Part shown: positions 19,376 through 27,855 of the stretch, in pieces | How the letters are laid out: each line of letters opens with the position of its first letter | Position numbering within the stretch: the first letter of the stretch is position 1 | Assembly (NCBI GenBank): GCA_038888155.1 | Contig: JAWAJB010000003.1 | Location: forward strand, 90,384-154,383 | DNA from: Desulfurococcaceae archaeon | Lineage (GTDB): Archaea > Thermoproteota > Thermoprotei_A > Sulfolobales > Desulfurococcaceae | Direction of reading: 5' to 3' | Length of the DNA: 64,000 nt | Translations under genes and position numbers: made by a program | The notes under the pieces: model-generated | Databases searched by the model: none | Seen by the model: only the letters and a program-made list of their open reading frames with translations | What the model was told of the DNA's origin: nothing

Positions 19376-19756
19376 GTGAGTTGTCGTGAGATCATGGGCG
19401 AGGAACCAAGTAGCTTAAAAATAGAGGAGCTCTTCTTCGACGAGTACTACAGGGTGTTGGTGCTCGAGGACTTAAATAGATTCATCATTTCAGTAGATGT
19501 TTACAAGCCGGGTTGGGATTACACCAACTACAAAGATGTATGTATAAACGAGACCTGCCTCCTCCTGAAAGAGCTATCCCCGTCGGAGATCAACCTAGAT
19601 GCCGCTATGGGGGGAGTTGAGAAAGTTGTTGTCGTGGGAGTTAAGGTTGGGGCTAAGTTCGAGACAATTGGCGTTAAGTGGTTTATGAAGCATAAGCCAA
19701 GTAGCGAGGAAGTCCGCAGCATCTACGAGCGCTCTTGGAGAATTATAAGGCAATAG
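19376..19756 (+). CDS. hypothetical protein
   Basis: A 126 aa ORF starting 4 nt after the radical SAM stop. No motif. Confidence 0.4.
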   Translation: MSCREIMGEEPSSLKIEELFFDEYYRVLVLEDLNRFIISVDVYKPGWDYTNYKDVCINETCLLLKELSPSEINLDAAMGGVEKVVVVGVKVGAKFETIGVKWFMKHKPSSEEVRSIYERSWRIIRQ

Positions 19757-19799
19757 GGCGTGATTAGAGCATATATACAAAAGCATAAATACTGAATTA

Positions 19800-22286
19800 G
19801 TGTTTTTCAAACAAAGAAGCGACACAGTGAGGAGTATTTTTATGGGAGAGGCGATTAAGCCGAGAATTGAAACTACTAGGTGGTCGCTCAGCACCGAACT
19901 AGAGCTCATAGATATGTGGGAGAAAGAGGGGCTATATCACTTTTCCACTTCTAAAGAAGACCAGCGGGAAATAATAGCCATAGATACCCCTCCGCCCTAC
20001 CCCAGCGGAAAGTGGCACGTAGGAGGAGCTGCGCACTACGCACAGATAGATATGATTGCAAGGTACTTCAGAATGAAGGGCTTTAACGTGCTTGTGCCCT
20101 TCTACGCAGACAGGAACGGTCTCCCAGTAGAAGTACAGATAGAGAGGACGTATAAGATAAACGCCCATGAAATGGCTAAAACTAAAGAGGGCAGATTAAA
20201 GTTCCTCGACCTCTGTAGAGACTTCCTCAACAAGACAGAGAAAGAGATGGTCAACATTTGGAGAAGATTAGGGTGTAGCTTCACCTACTGGAGGGATGGG
20301 ACAGACAGCGAAGAGTACAGAAAAGTAACTCAGTCAACCTTCATTGAGCTCTTTAGAAGGGGATTAGTCTACGAGGCAGAAAGACCAGTTAACTGGTGCC
20401 CGCGATGTAAGACAACTCTAGCTGATGCAGAGCTAGAGCACGTTAACGAGGAAACCTACTTATACTATGTAAAGTTCTTTATAGAGGAATTGAACAGCTA
20501 CGCTGCCGTAGCTACAACTAGGCCGGAGCTCTTGAAGTCCTGCAAGGCGCTTGCGTTTAACCCAAGGGATCAAAGGTACAACCGCTTCGAGGGGTACCAC
20601 GCTGTTAACCCGCTCTACGGTCACAGGATGCCGATTTTAAAGCACGATATCGTAGATCCCGACTATGGAACTGGGCTCGTAATGGTGTGCAGCTACGGCG
20701 ATCACGCAGATGTAGTGATGTTTAGAGAGCTTAAATTAGAGCCCTTAGTCATAGTAGACAAGAACGGAATTCTAACGAGTGAGGCTGGCCCGTTAGCTGG
20801 ACTTAGCGTTGCTGAAGCCAGGAGAAAAGCCGTTGAGCTCTTAGAGAGTAAAAACGCTATTGTCAAAAAGGAGCGAGTAACTCATAGCGTACCAGTATGC
20901 TGGAGATGCAAGACGCCCGTTCAGATCCTGCACTCAAGCGAGTGGTTCTTGAAACAACTCGAGTTTAAGGACAAGCTTGTAGACGTACTCAAGCAGATTA
21001 GCGTAAAGCCTGAATTCCACAGAGTAAAGGTACTTGACTGGATTAACAGCGTTGTTACAGATTGGCCGATAAGCAGGGACCGCTACTACGCCACTGAGAT
21101 ACCCGTGTGGCGCTGCAGGAAGTGCGGGTCCACTATTGTCCCGGAGCCCGGTAAGTACTACAGGCCGTGGATAGACCCACCTCCCTGGGATATCTGCCCT
21201 GTTTGCGGGTCGCCTAGTAGTGAGCTAGAGGGCGAGAAGAAGGTGTTCGATACGTGGTTTGACAGCAGCATATCAGTTCTCTACGTTAGTGGCTACTTGA
21301 AGAGCAACTGGTTGTTTGAGAGAGCGTTCAAGAACGCTCTAAGGCCCCAAGGGATAGACATAATCAGGACGTGGCTCTACTACACTTTGTTGCGCGTTTA
21401 TCAGTTAACAGGTAAGCCGGCTTTCAAGTGGATCAGGCTAAGCGGCATGGGGCTCGATGAGAGAGGGGAAGCCATGCATAAATCCAAGGGCAACGTAATT
21501 GACCCCGATCCAATATTGGATAGATACGGAGCAGATGCCTTTAGGTATTGGACTGCAGCTAGCGCTAAGCTTGGCTATGATTACCGCTACAGTGAGCCCA
21601 TGATAAAGACTGGTTTAATGTATGTGACAAAGCTGTGGAACATAGCTAGGTTTATCTCCAGCTTCCCCGAGCCAGAGGAGTACGAGCTGAGGCCTATCGA
21701 TAAGTCCACTTTGGCTCTCTTAAATAAACTTGTAGTAGCTGTTGAGGGCGGATACAGGGAATTAGATGTATATACGCCAATAAGCGAGCTGTACCAATTT
21801 ACGTGGAACTACTTTGCATCGCACTATTTAGAGCTAGTAAAGACGAGGGCTTACAATACCACCGGAAAGTACGGAAAGCTAGAGCAACAGGGAGCTTGGT
21901 ACACTCTCCATCGCGTATTTAAGAGCATGCTAGTAATGTTGGCCCCAATCATGCCTTTCGTTACTGATGCAATATACAGAGCTCTGTACGAGAAGAGCGT
22001 GCACAGGGAGAGGTTCCCTGAGCCGGATGCGAGATACCCCGCTGAAGCTGCAGACCTAGCGGTTAGCTCGCAGAGGGCAAATCACGCGCTGTGGAAATAC
22101 AAGAAAGAGCGTGGCATGAAGCTCAGCGACCACATAAGTAAAAAGGTGTTCCTCCCCAACTACTTGAGGCCAGTTGCAGAGGAGATGTCAGATCTCCACG
22201 GATTACAGCAAGTTGAATTCTACGGGGAAAATCCACCCAGCAATGCCGTTGAAGTAGGAGGCGGAGTTTATATAGAAGCTACTTAA
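19800..22286 (+). CDS. valS: valyl-tRNA synthetase (class Ia); likely start is ATG at 19842
   Basis: TPPPYPSGKWHVGGAAHY..., DRNGLPVE, NWCPRCKTTLADAELE and MHKSKGNVIDP (KMSKS-like) are present. At about 815 aa the size fits archaeal ValRS rather than IleRS or LeuRS. Confidence 0.8.
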   Translation: MFFKQRSDTVRSIFMGEAIKPRIETTRWSLSTELELIDMWEKEGLYHFSTSKEDQREIIAIDTPPPYPSGKWHVGGAAHYAQIDMIARYFRMKGFNVLVPFYADRNGLPVEVQIERTYKINAHEMAKTKEGRLKFLDLCRDFLNKTEKEMVNIWRRLGCSFTYWRDGTDSEEYRKVTQSTFIELFRRGLVYEAERPVNWCPRCKTTLADAELEHVNEETYLYYVKFFIEELNSYAAVATTRPELLKSCKALAFNPRDQRYNRFEGYHAVNPLYGHRMPILKHDIVDPDYGTGLVMVCSYGDHADVVMFRELKLEPLVIVDKNGILTSEAGPLAGLSVAEARRKAVELLESKNAIVKKERVTHSVPVCWRCKTPVQILHSSEWFLKQLEFKDKLVDVLKQISVKPEFHRVKVLDWINSVVTDWPISRDRYYATEIPVWRCRKCGSTIVPEPGKYYRPWIDPPPWDICPVCGSPSSELEGEKKVFDTWFDSSISVLYVSGYLKSNWLFERAFKNALRPQGIDIIRTWLYYTLLRVYQLTGKPAFKWIRLSGMGLDERGEAMHKSKGNVIDPDPILDRYGADAFRYWTAASAKLGYDYRYSEPMIKTGLMYVTKLWNIARFISSFPEPEEYELRPIDKSTLALLNKLVVAVEGGYRELDVYTPISELYQFTWNYFASHYLELVKTRAYNTTGKYGKLEQQGAWYTLHRVFKSMLVMLAPIMPFVTDAIYRALYEKSVHRERFPEPDARYPAEAADLAVSSQRANHALWKYKKERGMKLSDHISKKVFLPNYLRPVAEEMSDLHGLQQVEFYGENPPSNAVEVGGGVYIEAT

Positions 22287-22947
22287 GCGCTTTCTTCACA
22301 GATCGCTCTAAGCTCCACGAAATCCTGTCGAGGAGAGTAGTTAGCGGTCTTCCCCCAAATACAGGTTTAACTTTCCCTCTCCTAATTGCATCTAGGACCG
22401 AGCTAACAGAGAGCTCCTCTACTTCAATAACAGTGTACGCTGTTGCTATCTCAGCTAGGATGTGCGCATCGCTGTTCGCTATACCTGGCTTGCCGAGAAG
22501 CTTTGACGCCTTAATGGCTCTGTAATTAGCTCCCTTAGTTGAGGAAGAGTTCCAGATCTCAATGGCGCTCCAATCCTCGTACTCAAAGATAGCGTCCCCT
22601 AGGCCGAGCCTAGCTATATCGAATGGGTGGGCTGGCACTATTAGACAGCTCTCCTCCTTTGCCTTGTCTATTAGTAAATCCAGCCTCTTGGGGAAATCTA
22701 CCTCCTCATCGCAATACAGTAGCACGTCTCCCCTGTCAGTTCTTACCTCTGCGCTGGGAACCACTAGGAGGTTATTCCCAACACTAAGTTTCCTAGCTGC
22801 AATACTTCCAGCGAATGTGTCGTGATCAGCTATAGCTACAGCGTTGATGCCCCTCTCAATAGATGCGTAGACTATTTCTGCGGGGCTAGCTCTGCCATCG
22901 CTGTACAACGAGTGAACGTGTAGATCCGCCCTAATTAACATTCCCAT
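22279..22947 (-). CDS. PHP-domain metal-dependent phosphoesterase
   Basis: ADLHVHSLYSDGRASP, AIADHD and NSDAH (His/Asp metal ligands) are present. Confidence 0.8.
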   Translation of the reverse strand: MGMLIRADLHVHSLYSDGRASPAEIVYASIERGINAVAIADHDTFAGSIAARKLSVGNNLLVVPSAEVRTDRGDVLLYCDEEVDFPKRLDLLIDKAKEESCLIVPAHPFDIARLGLGDAIFEYEDWSAIEIWNSSSTKGANYRAIKASKLLGKPGIANSDAHILAEIATAYTVIEVEELSVSSVLDAIRRGKVKPVFGGRPLTTLLDRISWSLERSVKKALK

Positions 22948-22987
22948 CAGCTGCTCTGTGTTTTTATAGCAGTAATTGGCTATTTAA

Positions 22988-23218
22988 CTTGGTGCGCGAA
23001 TTGGGGTTAAAGTCAGGATAGAGCAAGCTAAGTGCAATTCGTGCGGACTTTGCGCAGAACACTGCCCTACTTTTGTATTTACGCTAAGGGGAAACAAAGT
23101 CGAAGTGGACAGTAGCAAGTGCATTGAGTGCTATGGGTGTATCTTGCTCTGTCCTCTGCAGGCAATTAAGGTCGAGATCTCGGGCACGCAAATGTTTGGC
23201 TTGGATGATTGCTGTTAA
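22988..23218 (+). CDS. 2x[4Fe-4S] ferredoxin-like ORF (start codon unresolved)
   Basis: By my own translation the frame is open from the TAA at 22985-22987 to the TAA at 23216-23218. It encodes ...CNSCGLCAEHCP...CIECYGCILLCP.... No in-frame ATG, GTG or TTG precedes the first cluster, so the ORF track omits it. Confidence 0.55.
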   Translation, partial: LGARIGVKVRIEQAKCNSCGLCAEHCPTFVFTLRGNKVEVDSSKCIECYGCILLCPLQAIKVEISGTQMFGLDDCC

Positions 23219-23223
23219 GCATG

Positions 23224-23460
23224 CTAGTAGTATGGTTTGAGCTCCCCCTTGCAGAATGGACACTTGTAGTGGAGCTTCCTAGAGTCTGCTGCGCAGAAAT
23301 ACGCCTTTAAGCCCTGCTCTATGCACTTTGGACAGTAGTAGACGCTCTTTTGATCGTACCCGTGGAAGAAATCGATGGTTGTGTTGCATATAATGCACTT
23401 CTCTGTTGTCCACCCTCTGTGTCCCGATTTATTAGCGCCCTTGAGCAGCCCCACAGTCAA
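23224..23460 (-). CDS. small zinc-ribbon protein
   Basis: A 78 aa ORF with CIIC...CPKC...C...CPFC. Confidence 0.5.
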   Translation of the reverse strand: MTVGLLKGANKSGHRGWTTEKCIICNTTIDFFHGYDQKSVYYCPKCIEQGLKAYFCAADSRKLHYKCPFCKGELKPYY

Positions 23461-23524
23461 GATTTAACACCCTTAATGCCTTTACTATATCAAAGGGGTT
23501 TTTAAAGGCAGTGGTGTTGTTGCA

Positions 23525-24205
23525 GTGATTATAGTCGCAACATCAGATGTCCACAGCCCAGAGCACCTTCAACTGTACTTGGAACTAATCAAGAACACGA
23601 ATTTAGATCCTCAAGTAGTGCTCTTCGCTGGGGATATGGTAGATAAAAACAAAGTGCTTGCCTTTAAGCCTATATACGAGGCAACTAGGAAGAAGTTCCC
23701 CTCTGCTAGGATAATTTCAGTTTTCGGGAACGAGGAGTACCGGGGGTTCGAAAAGCTCTACGAGGAAATGTACAGAGACGTGATCTGGCTCAACGACAGT
23801 TATGCAAAGCTCCAAGAGGATATATGTATAATTGGGACGCGCGGCGCTCTAGATAGACCAACAACTTGGCAGGCCCGCAACATACCTGGAATAGAGAAGT
23901 ACTATAGAGAGTTGCCGTATATGGTTGAGAAATTAGCTATCGAGCTGAGGCAGGGCGCTTGCAAAAAGATTATCTTGGTATCGCACTACGGTGTAACCCA
24001 CTTAAATCTAGTAGGGGAGAGGAAAGAGTCCTATCCCTACTTGGCCTCTACTCGCTTTGAGAGCATCCTCAGGGGAGAGCTTGTAGACTTAGTTATACAC
24101 GGGCACATTCACATGGGCAAGCTCGATGTCGTCAATATAAGAGGCATACCGGTGTACAACGTTTCTCTGCCAGCTAGGAGAAAGCTAGTTGAGGTTAGGC
24201 TGTAG
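23525..24205 (+). CDS. metallophosphoesterase (calcineurin-like)
   Basis: The ordered phosphoesterase motifs are SDVHSP, AGDMVD, GNEE and GHIHMG. Confidence 0.8.
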   Translation: MIIVATSDVHSPEHLQLYLELIKNTNLDPQVVLFAGDMVDKNKVLAFKPIYEATRKKFPSARIISVFGNEEYRGFEKLYEEMYRDVIWLNDSYAKLQEDICIIGTRGALDRPTTWQARNIPGIEKYYRELPYMVEKLAIELRQGACKKIILVSHYGVTHLNLVGERKESYPYLASTRFESILRGELVDLVIHGHIHMGKLDVVNIRGIPVYNVSLPARRKLVEVRL

Positions 24206-25078
24206 CTACCTCAACCCCTCAAAGGAGCCGAGAGAGGAAGTCAGCACAACAACTTCGCTAGCCCACTCGAAGAGTAGCTTATTCCTCCTGAACAGCAGAT
24301 CTAGCTCGTACATGAGCTTTGAGCACTCAGGAGTGGCCATGTACTTACACGTTTTTACCTCTTGGGTTCTTTCCTTGAATTGCTGGGGTAAGTGCGGCTC
24401 TACAAGCTCCATGTAGAAGGCCACAGAAGTTGCAGCTAAGCTCTTGTAATCCCTGTAAAGGTCGCTGAACTGTTTGAGGTAGCTAAATACAGCCCCCTCG
24501 CGCGCTTCGACTATCGAGAAACCGCGCCACTTAGAGCTAAGCACCCTGTACAGGTCATTGAAGGTAACTCCCGATCTAAGTATTGCGATTTGCGTGTAGC
24601 CTAGTGACTGCAGGTGCTCGAACATGTCATCTCTATCTATGATTTTCAAGGAGTCAACAAACTGCCTTATATCACTCCACTTGCTCACAGAGTTTATTGT
24701 TTCAATGGCTTTTTTGAACTTAGCGCTCTCGCCTAGGATGCTCTCCACGCCGCTGAGCCCTAGGGAGACCCCAACTATTAAAAGCGGAGTAATGTACTGG
24801 GGATGGGTTGCATTGCACAACCTGAAGGAGTCCTTTAATGCGCTTGAGTAGAGCTTACCGTAATCTACGCTCGTAGAGGCTATCTCCCCACGCTTGATCC
24901 TCTCTCCAAGCGAGATCGCCTCTGCTACATGGTCTACAGACGCTATGAGGTTGCACATCACCTCGTCAAACGCTCTAACTGGAGCTAATCTATGTAAACC
25001 CCCAGGCTTAATGTAAGCAGCTAAACCTGTGATAGCGCCGCGAATAAGCGTTTTCGCAGATATTAATTCGCTGCTCAT
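24206..25078 (-). CDS. CitG/MdcB-like (triphosphoribosyl-dephospho-CoA synthase family) protein, tentative
   Basis: YIKPGG (compare KPGLVD), THPQYITPLLIVGVSLG (compare THKG..F.LGLL) and the C-terminal SLGSFEGL (compare SPGGSADL) are present. The similarity is weak and judged by eye only. Confidence 0.4.
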   Translation of the reverse strand: MSSELISAKTLIRGAITGLAAYIKPGGLHRLAPVRAFDEVMCNLIASVDHVAEAISLGERIKRGEIASTSVDYGKLYSSALKDSFRLCNATHPQYITPLLIVGVSLGLSGVESILGESAKFKKAIETINSVSKWSDIRQFVDSLKIIDRDDMFEHLQSLGYTQIAILRSGVTFNDLYRVLSSKWRGFSIVEAREGAVFSYLKQFSDLYRDYKSLAATSVAFYMELVEPHLPQQFKERTQEVKTCKYMATPECSKLMYELDLLFRRNKLLFEWASEVVVLTSSLGSFEGLR

Positions 25079-25319
25079 AACTTATCACGCGTTACTCAGG
25101 GCCCTTCCAAGTGCCTATAATACTTTAATTGCGTGCTCGCCTATTATTTGTAACCTGCTAAACGCGGACACGCGAATTTTTAACTCTACAGCTCGCTCGT
25201 TTTTATGTAGAACCTCGATCTCTAGTAGCTCTCCCTCGTGGTTGAGAGCAAAGGTGTTGGCACTATATAAACCGTAATTCAGGTAACTCATTGTTGATGC
25301 ACACTTAGGTGTTAAGACT

Positions 25320-25610
25320 GTGGCTTTAGCTACCGCAGTATTAACGTGTAAAGGGGATTTGGTAGTCAGCTACAACGAAGCGGAGGAGCTAGTTATCTAC
25401 GATATGCAGGCCAAGAGAGTTATCTCTAGGTTGAGAAAGCCTAGTAACGCTCTACTACTAGAAGAAATTCTCGAAGACTTTGATCCGTGGGTGATATTCT
25501 CGGAGGACATACCCGCCGATATCGTAGACGCAATTAGGGATATGGGCATCAAGGTCCAGTTAGTCAAGGGATACACTGTAGAGGGCCTTATAAGCGAGCT
25601 ATTTGTCTAA
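25320..25610 (+). CDS. hypothetical small protein (possibly NifX/NifB-C-like fold)
   Basis: A 96 aa ORF, first of four closely spaced same-strand genes. Any resemblance to the dinitrogenase cofactor-binding-like domain is weak. Confidence 0.35.
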   Translation: MALATAVLTCKGDLVVSYNEAEELVIYDMQAKRVISRLRKPSNALLLEEILEDFDPWVIFSEDIPADIVDAIRDMGIKVQLVKGYTVEGLISELFV

Positions 25611-25626
25611 CGAGGTGACTTAAAAA

Positions 25627-25911
25627 GTGGTATACCACATTGCAATAGATGTGCTTAATCCTACTAGTAGCGTGGATGAGGGAACTAGGCGAGCAATATC
25701 TGAGAAGTGCACCCTAGTTTGTAGCAATGAGCAACTAGGGCTATCCATATATGGGTGCACCCCAGGCGTTGTCTACATCCAGAAAGCCGGAGGCTCGCTC
25801 CTAATAGATATTATAGGTGGAGAGGAAACCTTCTTTGAGAATATCCTAAAGGCCCTTCCAAAGCACAGCGTAATGATAAGGTTGCTGGAGAGGGGTACAC
25901 CAGAAGCCTGA
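25627..25911 (+). CDS. hypothetical small protein
   Basis: A 94 aa ORF, 16 nt after the previous gene and 7 nt before the next. Confidence 0.35.
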   Translation: MVYHIAIDVLNPTSSVDEGTRRAISEKCTLVCSNEQLGLSIYGCTPGVVYIQKAGGSLLIDIIGGEETFFENILKALPKHSVMIRLLERGTPEA

Positions 25912-25918
25912 CCTAGAA

Positions 25919-26458
25919 GTGATGCACATGAGTAGCGCTGATGTCGTAATAAAGCTCGACGAGAGCACGTGCAGGGGCTATGTAGATGACCCCTCTCACA
26001 TAAGCGAACTAGCTGAGAGATGGTTTGGCAAGCTACACTTTAAGAGGCTTGTCCTCGATCTCGTAGAAGTAGCATACATTGTGTCCCAGCTTCAGGGAAA
26101 GGCAGTAGTTCTGGACTCCCAAGGAAGAGCCATTAAGAGCATTGAAGGGCTCGTGGAGGTATACGGGAAGTGCTTTGAGAGCCTTTTCTGGCCTATGCTC
26201 TCTGTGCTAAAGGACCTGCGCGAAAGGGGGAGAAGGGTTAGAGTACTAGAGCCTATGAAATTCTTAGTCAAGGACAAAGAGGGAGAATTAAGACTAATAT
26301 ATATTCTCGAAGAGAAGTCAATTATCAACATAGACTCTTTAACTAACATAGTCGAGGAGGCACGTAGGAATAACCTTAAAGCCTCCCTAGCCATTGTCAG
26401 TCTACAAGGTGAGCTAACATATTACGATTTAAACCAAGCAGAAATTAAGGTGAATTAA
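25919..26458 (+). CDS. tRNA-splicing endonuclease-like protein, probably the non-catalytic (structural) subunit
   Basis: LDLVEVAYIV..., VLKDLRERGRRVRV and the C-terminal ...EEARRNNLKASLAIV...LTYYDL follow the EndA fold pattern. The catalytic Tyr/His (..Y....HS..) positions are not conserved. Confidence 0.55.
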   Translation: MMHMSSADVVIKLDESTCRGYVDDPSHISELAERWFGKLHFKRLVLDLVEVAYIVSQLQGKAVVLDSQGRAIKSIEGLVEVYGKCFESLFWPMLSVLKDLRERGRRVRVLEPMKFLVKDKEGELRLIYILEEKSIINIDSLTNIVEEARRNNLKASLAIVSLQGELTYYDLNQAEIKVN

Positions 26459-26459
26459 A

Positions 26460-27758
26460 TTGAGCGAACCACACTACAATCCGCCTCGAGGCATGAGGGA
26501 TATTGTAGGGGAGGAAGCAGAGCTCTACGAGCACCTCTTCTCTGAATTTAAGGCCGCTGCGAGGAGGCACGGCTTCATGCCCATAATAACCCCTACTGTA
26601 GAGTACTTCACGCTATTCGAGGCAAAGAGCGGCGAGGAGATAAAGAGATCAATGTACGTGTTTGAGGATAAGGGAGGAAGATTGCTCGCCCTCAGGCCAG
26701 AGGTTACTGCCAGCGTTGTTAGGGCTTACCTTAAATCGCTTAGGTCGCTACCGAAGCCTATTAAGGTTTACTATGTATCTCAGTGCTTTAGGTATGAGGA
26801 ACCCCAGCACGCTAGGTACAGGGAGTTTTGGCAGGGAGGCCTCGAAGTAATAGGAGAGCAGGACATTAACGCTGATCTACTTGTTGCTATTGCAGCCAGC
26901 GATTTCCTAGATAGAGTGGGGGTGAATCACCTTTACGAAGTAGGGAACGTCTCAATATACAGGGGCTTTATGCGCAAACTCGAGGTCAGCGGAGGGCTCC
27001 AGGACTACATACTGCATTTAATAGATAAGGACCAAGTTGACGCTGCAATCAACAAGCTAAGAGAAGTCGCTGGAGAGCGGGGAGCCGAGATCTTCAAGTC
27101 TCTTCTATCCACAAAGGATTTAGATAGAGTAGAGGGCTTTATTGCAGACTACGGAGATCTATTGGGGGAGCTTCGCGAGATCATTTTAACTGAGCACGCT
27201 AGAACAAGGGGCTTTATTGATACCCTTCGAGAGATCGGCTACAGCGCTGAATATGAGCCTAAACTTGTAAGGGGATTGGCCTACTACACAGGGCTAATTT
27301 TTGAGTACAAAGTAACTGGCACTCAAGCGCTTCCCAGTATTGGAGGGGGCGGAAGATACGACGGACTTACGGAAGTTTACAGCGGCACATTTGAGTACTC
27401 TACAGGCCTGGCGCTAGGTATTGACAGAGTAGCGCTAGCTTTAAGCGGCAGGCCCCTACCTCAAACAGGTAAATACGTTGTCGTATTGATACTAGGAGAT
27501 GCACCGCTTCACGTTGGTTACAGAACGCTTAAGGCAATTGTCAAGGGTACTAACGTAAACGGCTACGTTTACAGGGCTAGGTCCCTATCCAGGGGCTTAG
27601 AGCACGTCAATAAAGCTGGGTGCGAGCTCGCGGTCATCATCGGTGAAAGAGAGCTTAAGGGTAATAGCGTAATAATTAAGAACATGAAGACAGGAGAACA
27701 GGTTCAAGTCAGCTTGGGTTCAATCCTAGAGGCCGTCAAGAACATGATTAGTTCATAG
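26460..27758 (+). CDS. hisS: histidyl-tRNA synthetase
   Basis: PRGMRD, CFRYEEPQHARYREFWQ (motif 2) and GGGGRYDGL (motif 3) are present. Confidence 0.93.
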   Translation: MSEPHYNPPRGMRDIVGEEAELYEHLFSEFKAAARRHGFMPIITPTVEYFTLFEAKSGEEIKRSMYVFEDKGGRLLALRPEVTASVVRAYLKSLRSLPKPIKVYYVSQCFRYEEPQHARYREFWQGGLEVIGEQDINADLLVAIAASDFLDRVGVNHLYEVGNVSIYRGFMRKLEVSGGLQDYILHLIDKDQVDAAINKLREVAGERGAEIFKSLLSTKDLDRVEGFIADYGDLLGELREIILTEHARTRGFIDTLREIGYSAEYEPKLVRGLAYYTGLIFEYKVTGTQALPSIGGGGRYDGLTEVYSGTFEYSTGLALGIDRVALALSGRPLPQTGKYVVVLILGDAPLHVGYRTLKAIVKGTNVNGYVYRARSLSRGLEHVNKAGCELAVIIGERELKGNSVIIKNMKTGEQVQVSLGSILEAVKNMISS

Positions 27759-27855
27759 CCAGCCTATCATCTATCAACTTTTAGAGAGATATAAGTGCCT
27801 TTACGAATTTAAACCTAAAGGTACTATTTACTAAGAATCTCTGAGGTGAAATCTC

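Noticed and set aside
19968-20040. The ValRS HIGH region reads WHVGGAAH and the KMSKS region reads MHKSK, raising the possibility of a degenerate synthetase.
   Set aside because: Class I signature motifs vary in archaeal ValRS, and I cannot judge conservation without an alignment. All other ValRS landmarks are intact, so this is probably normal.
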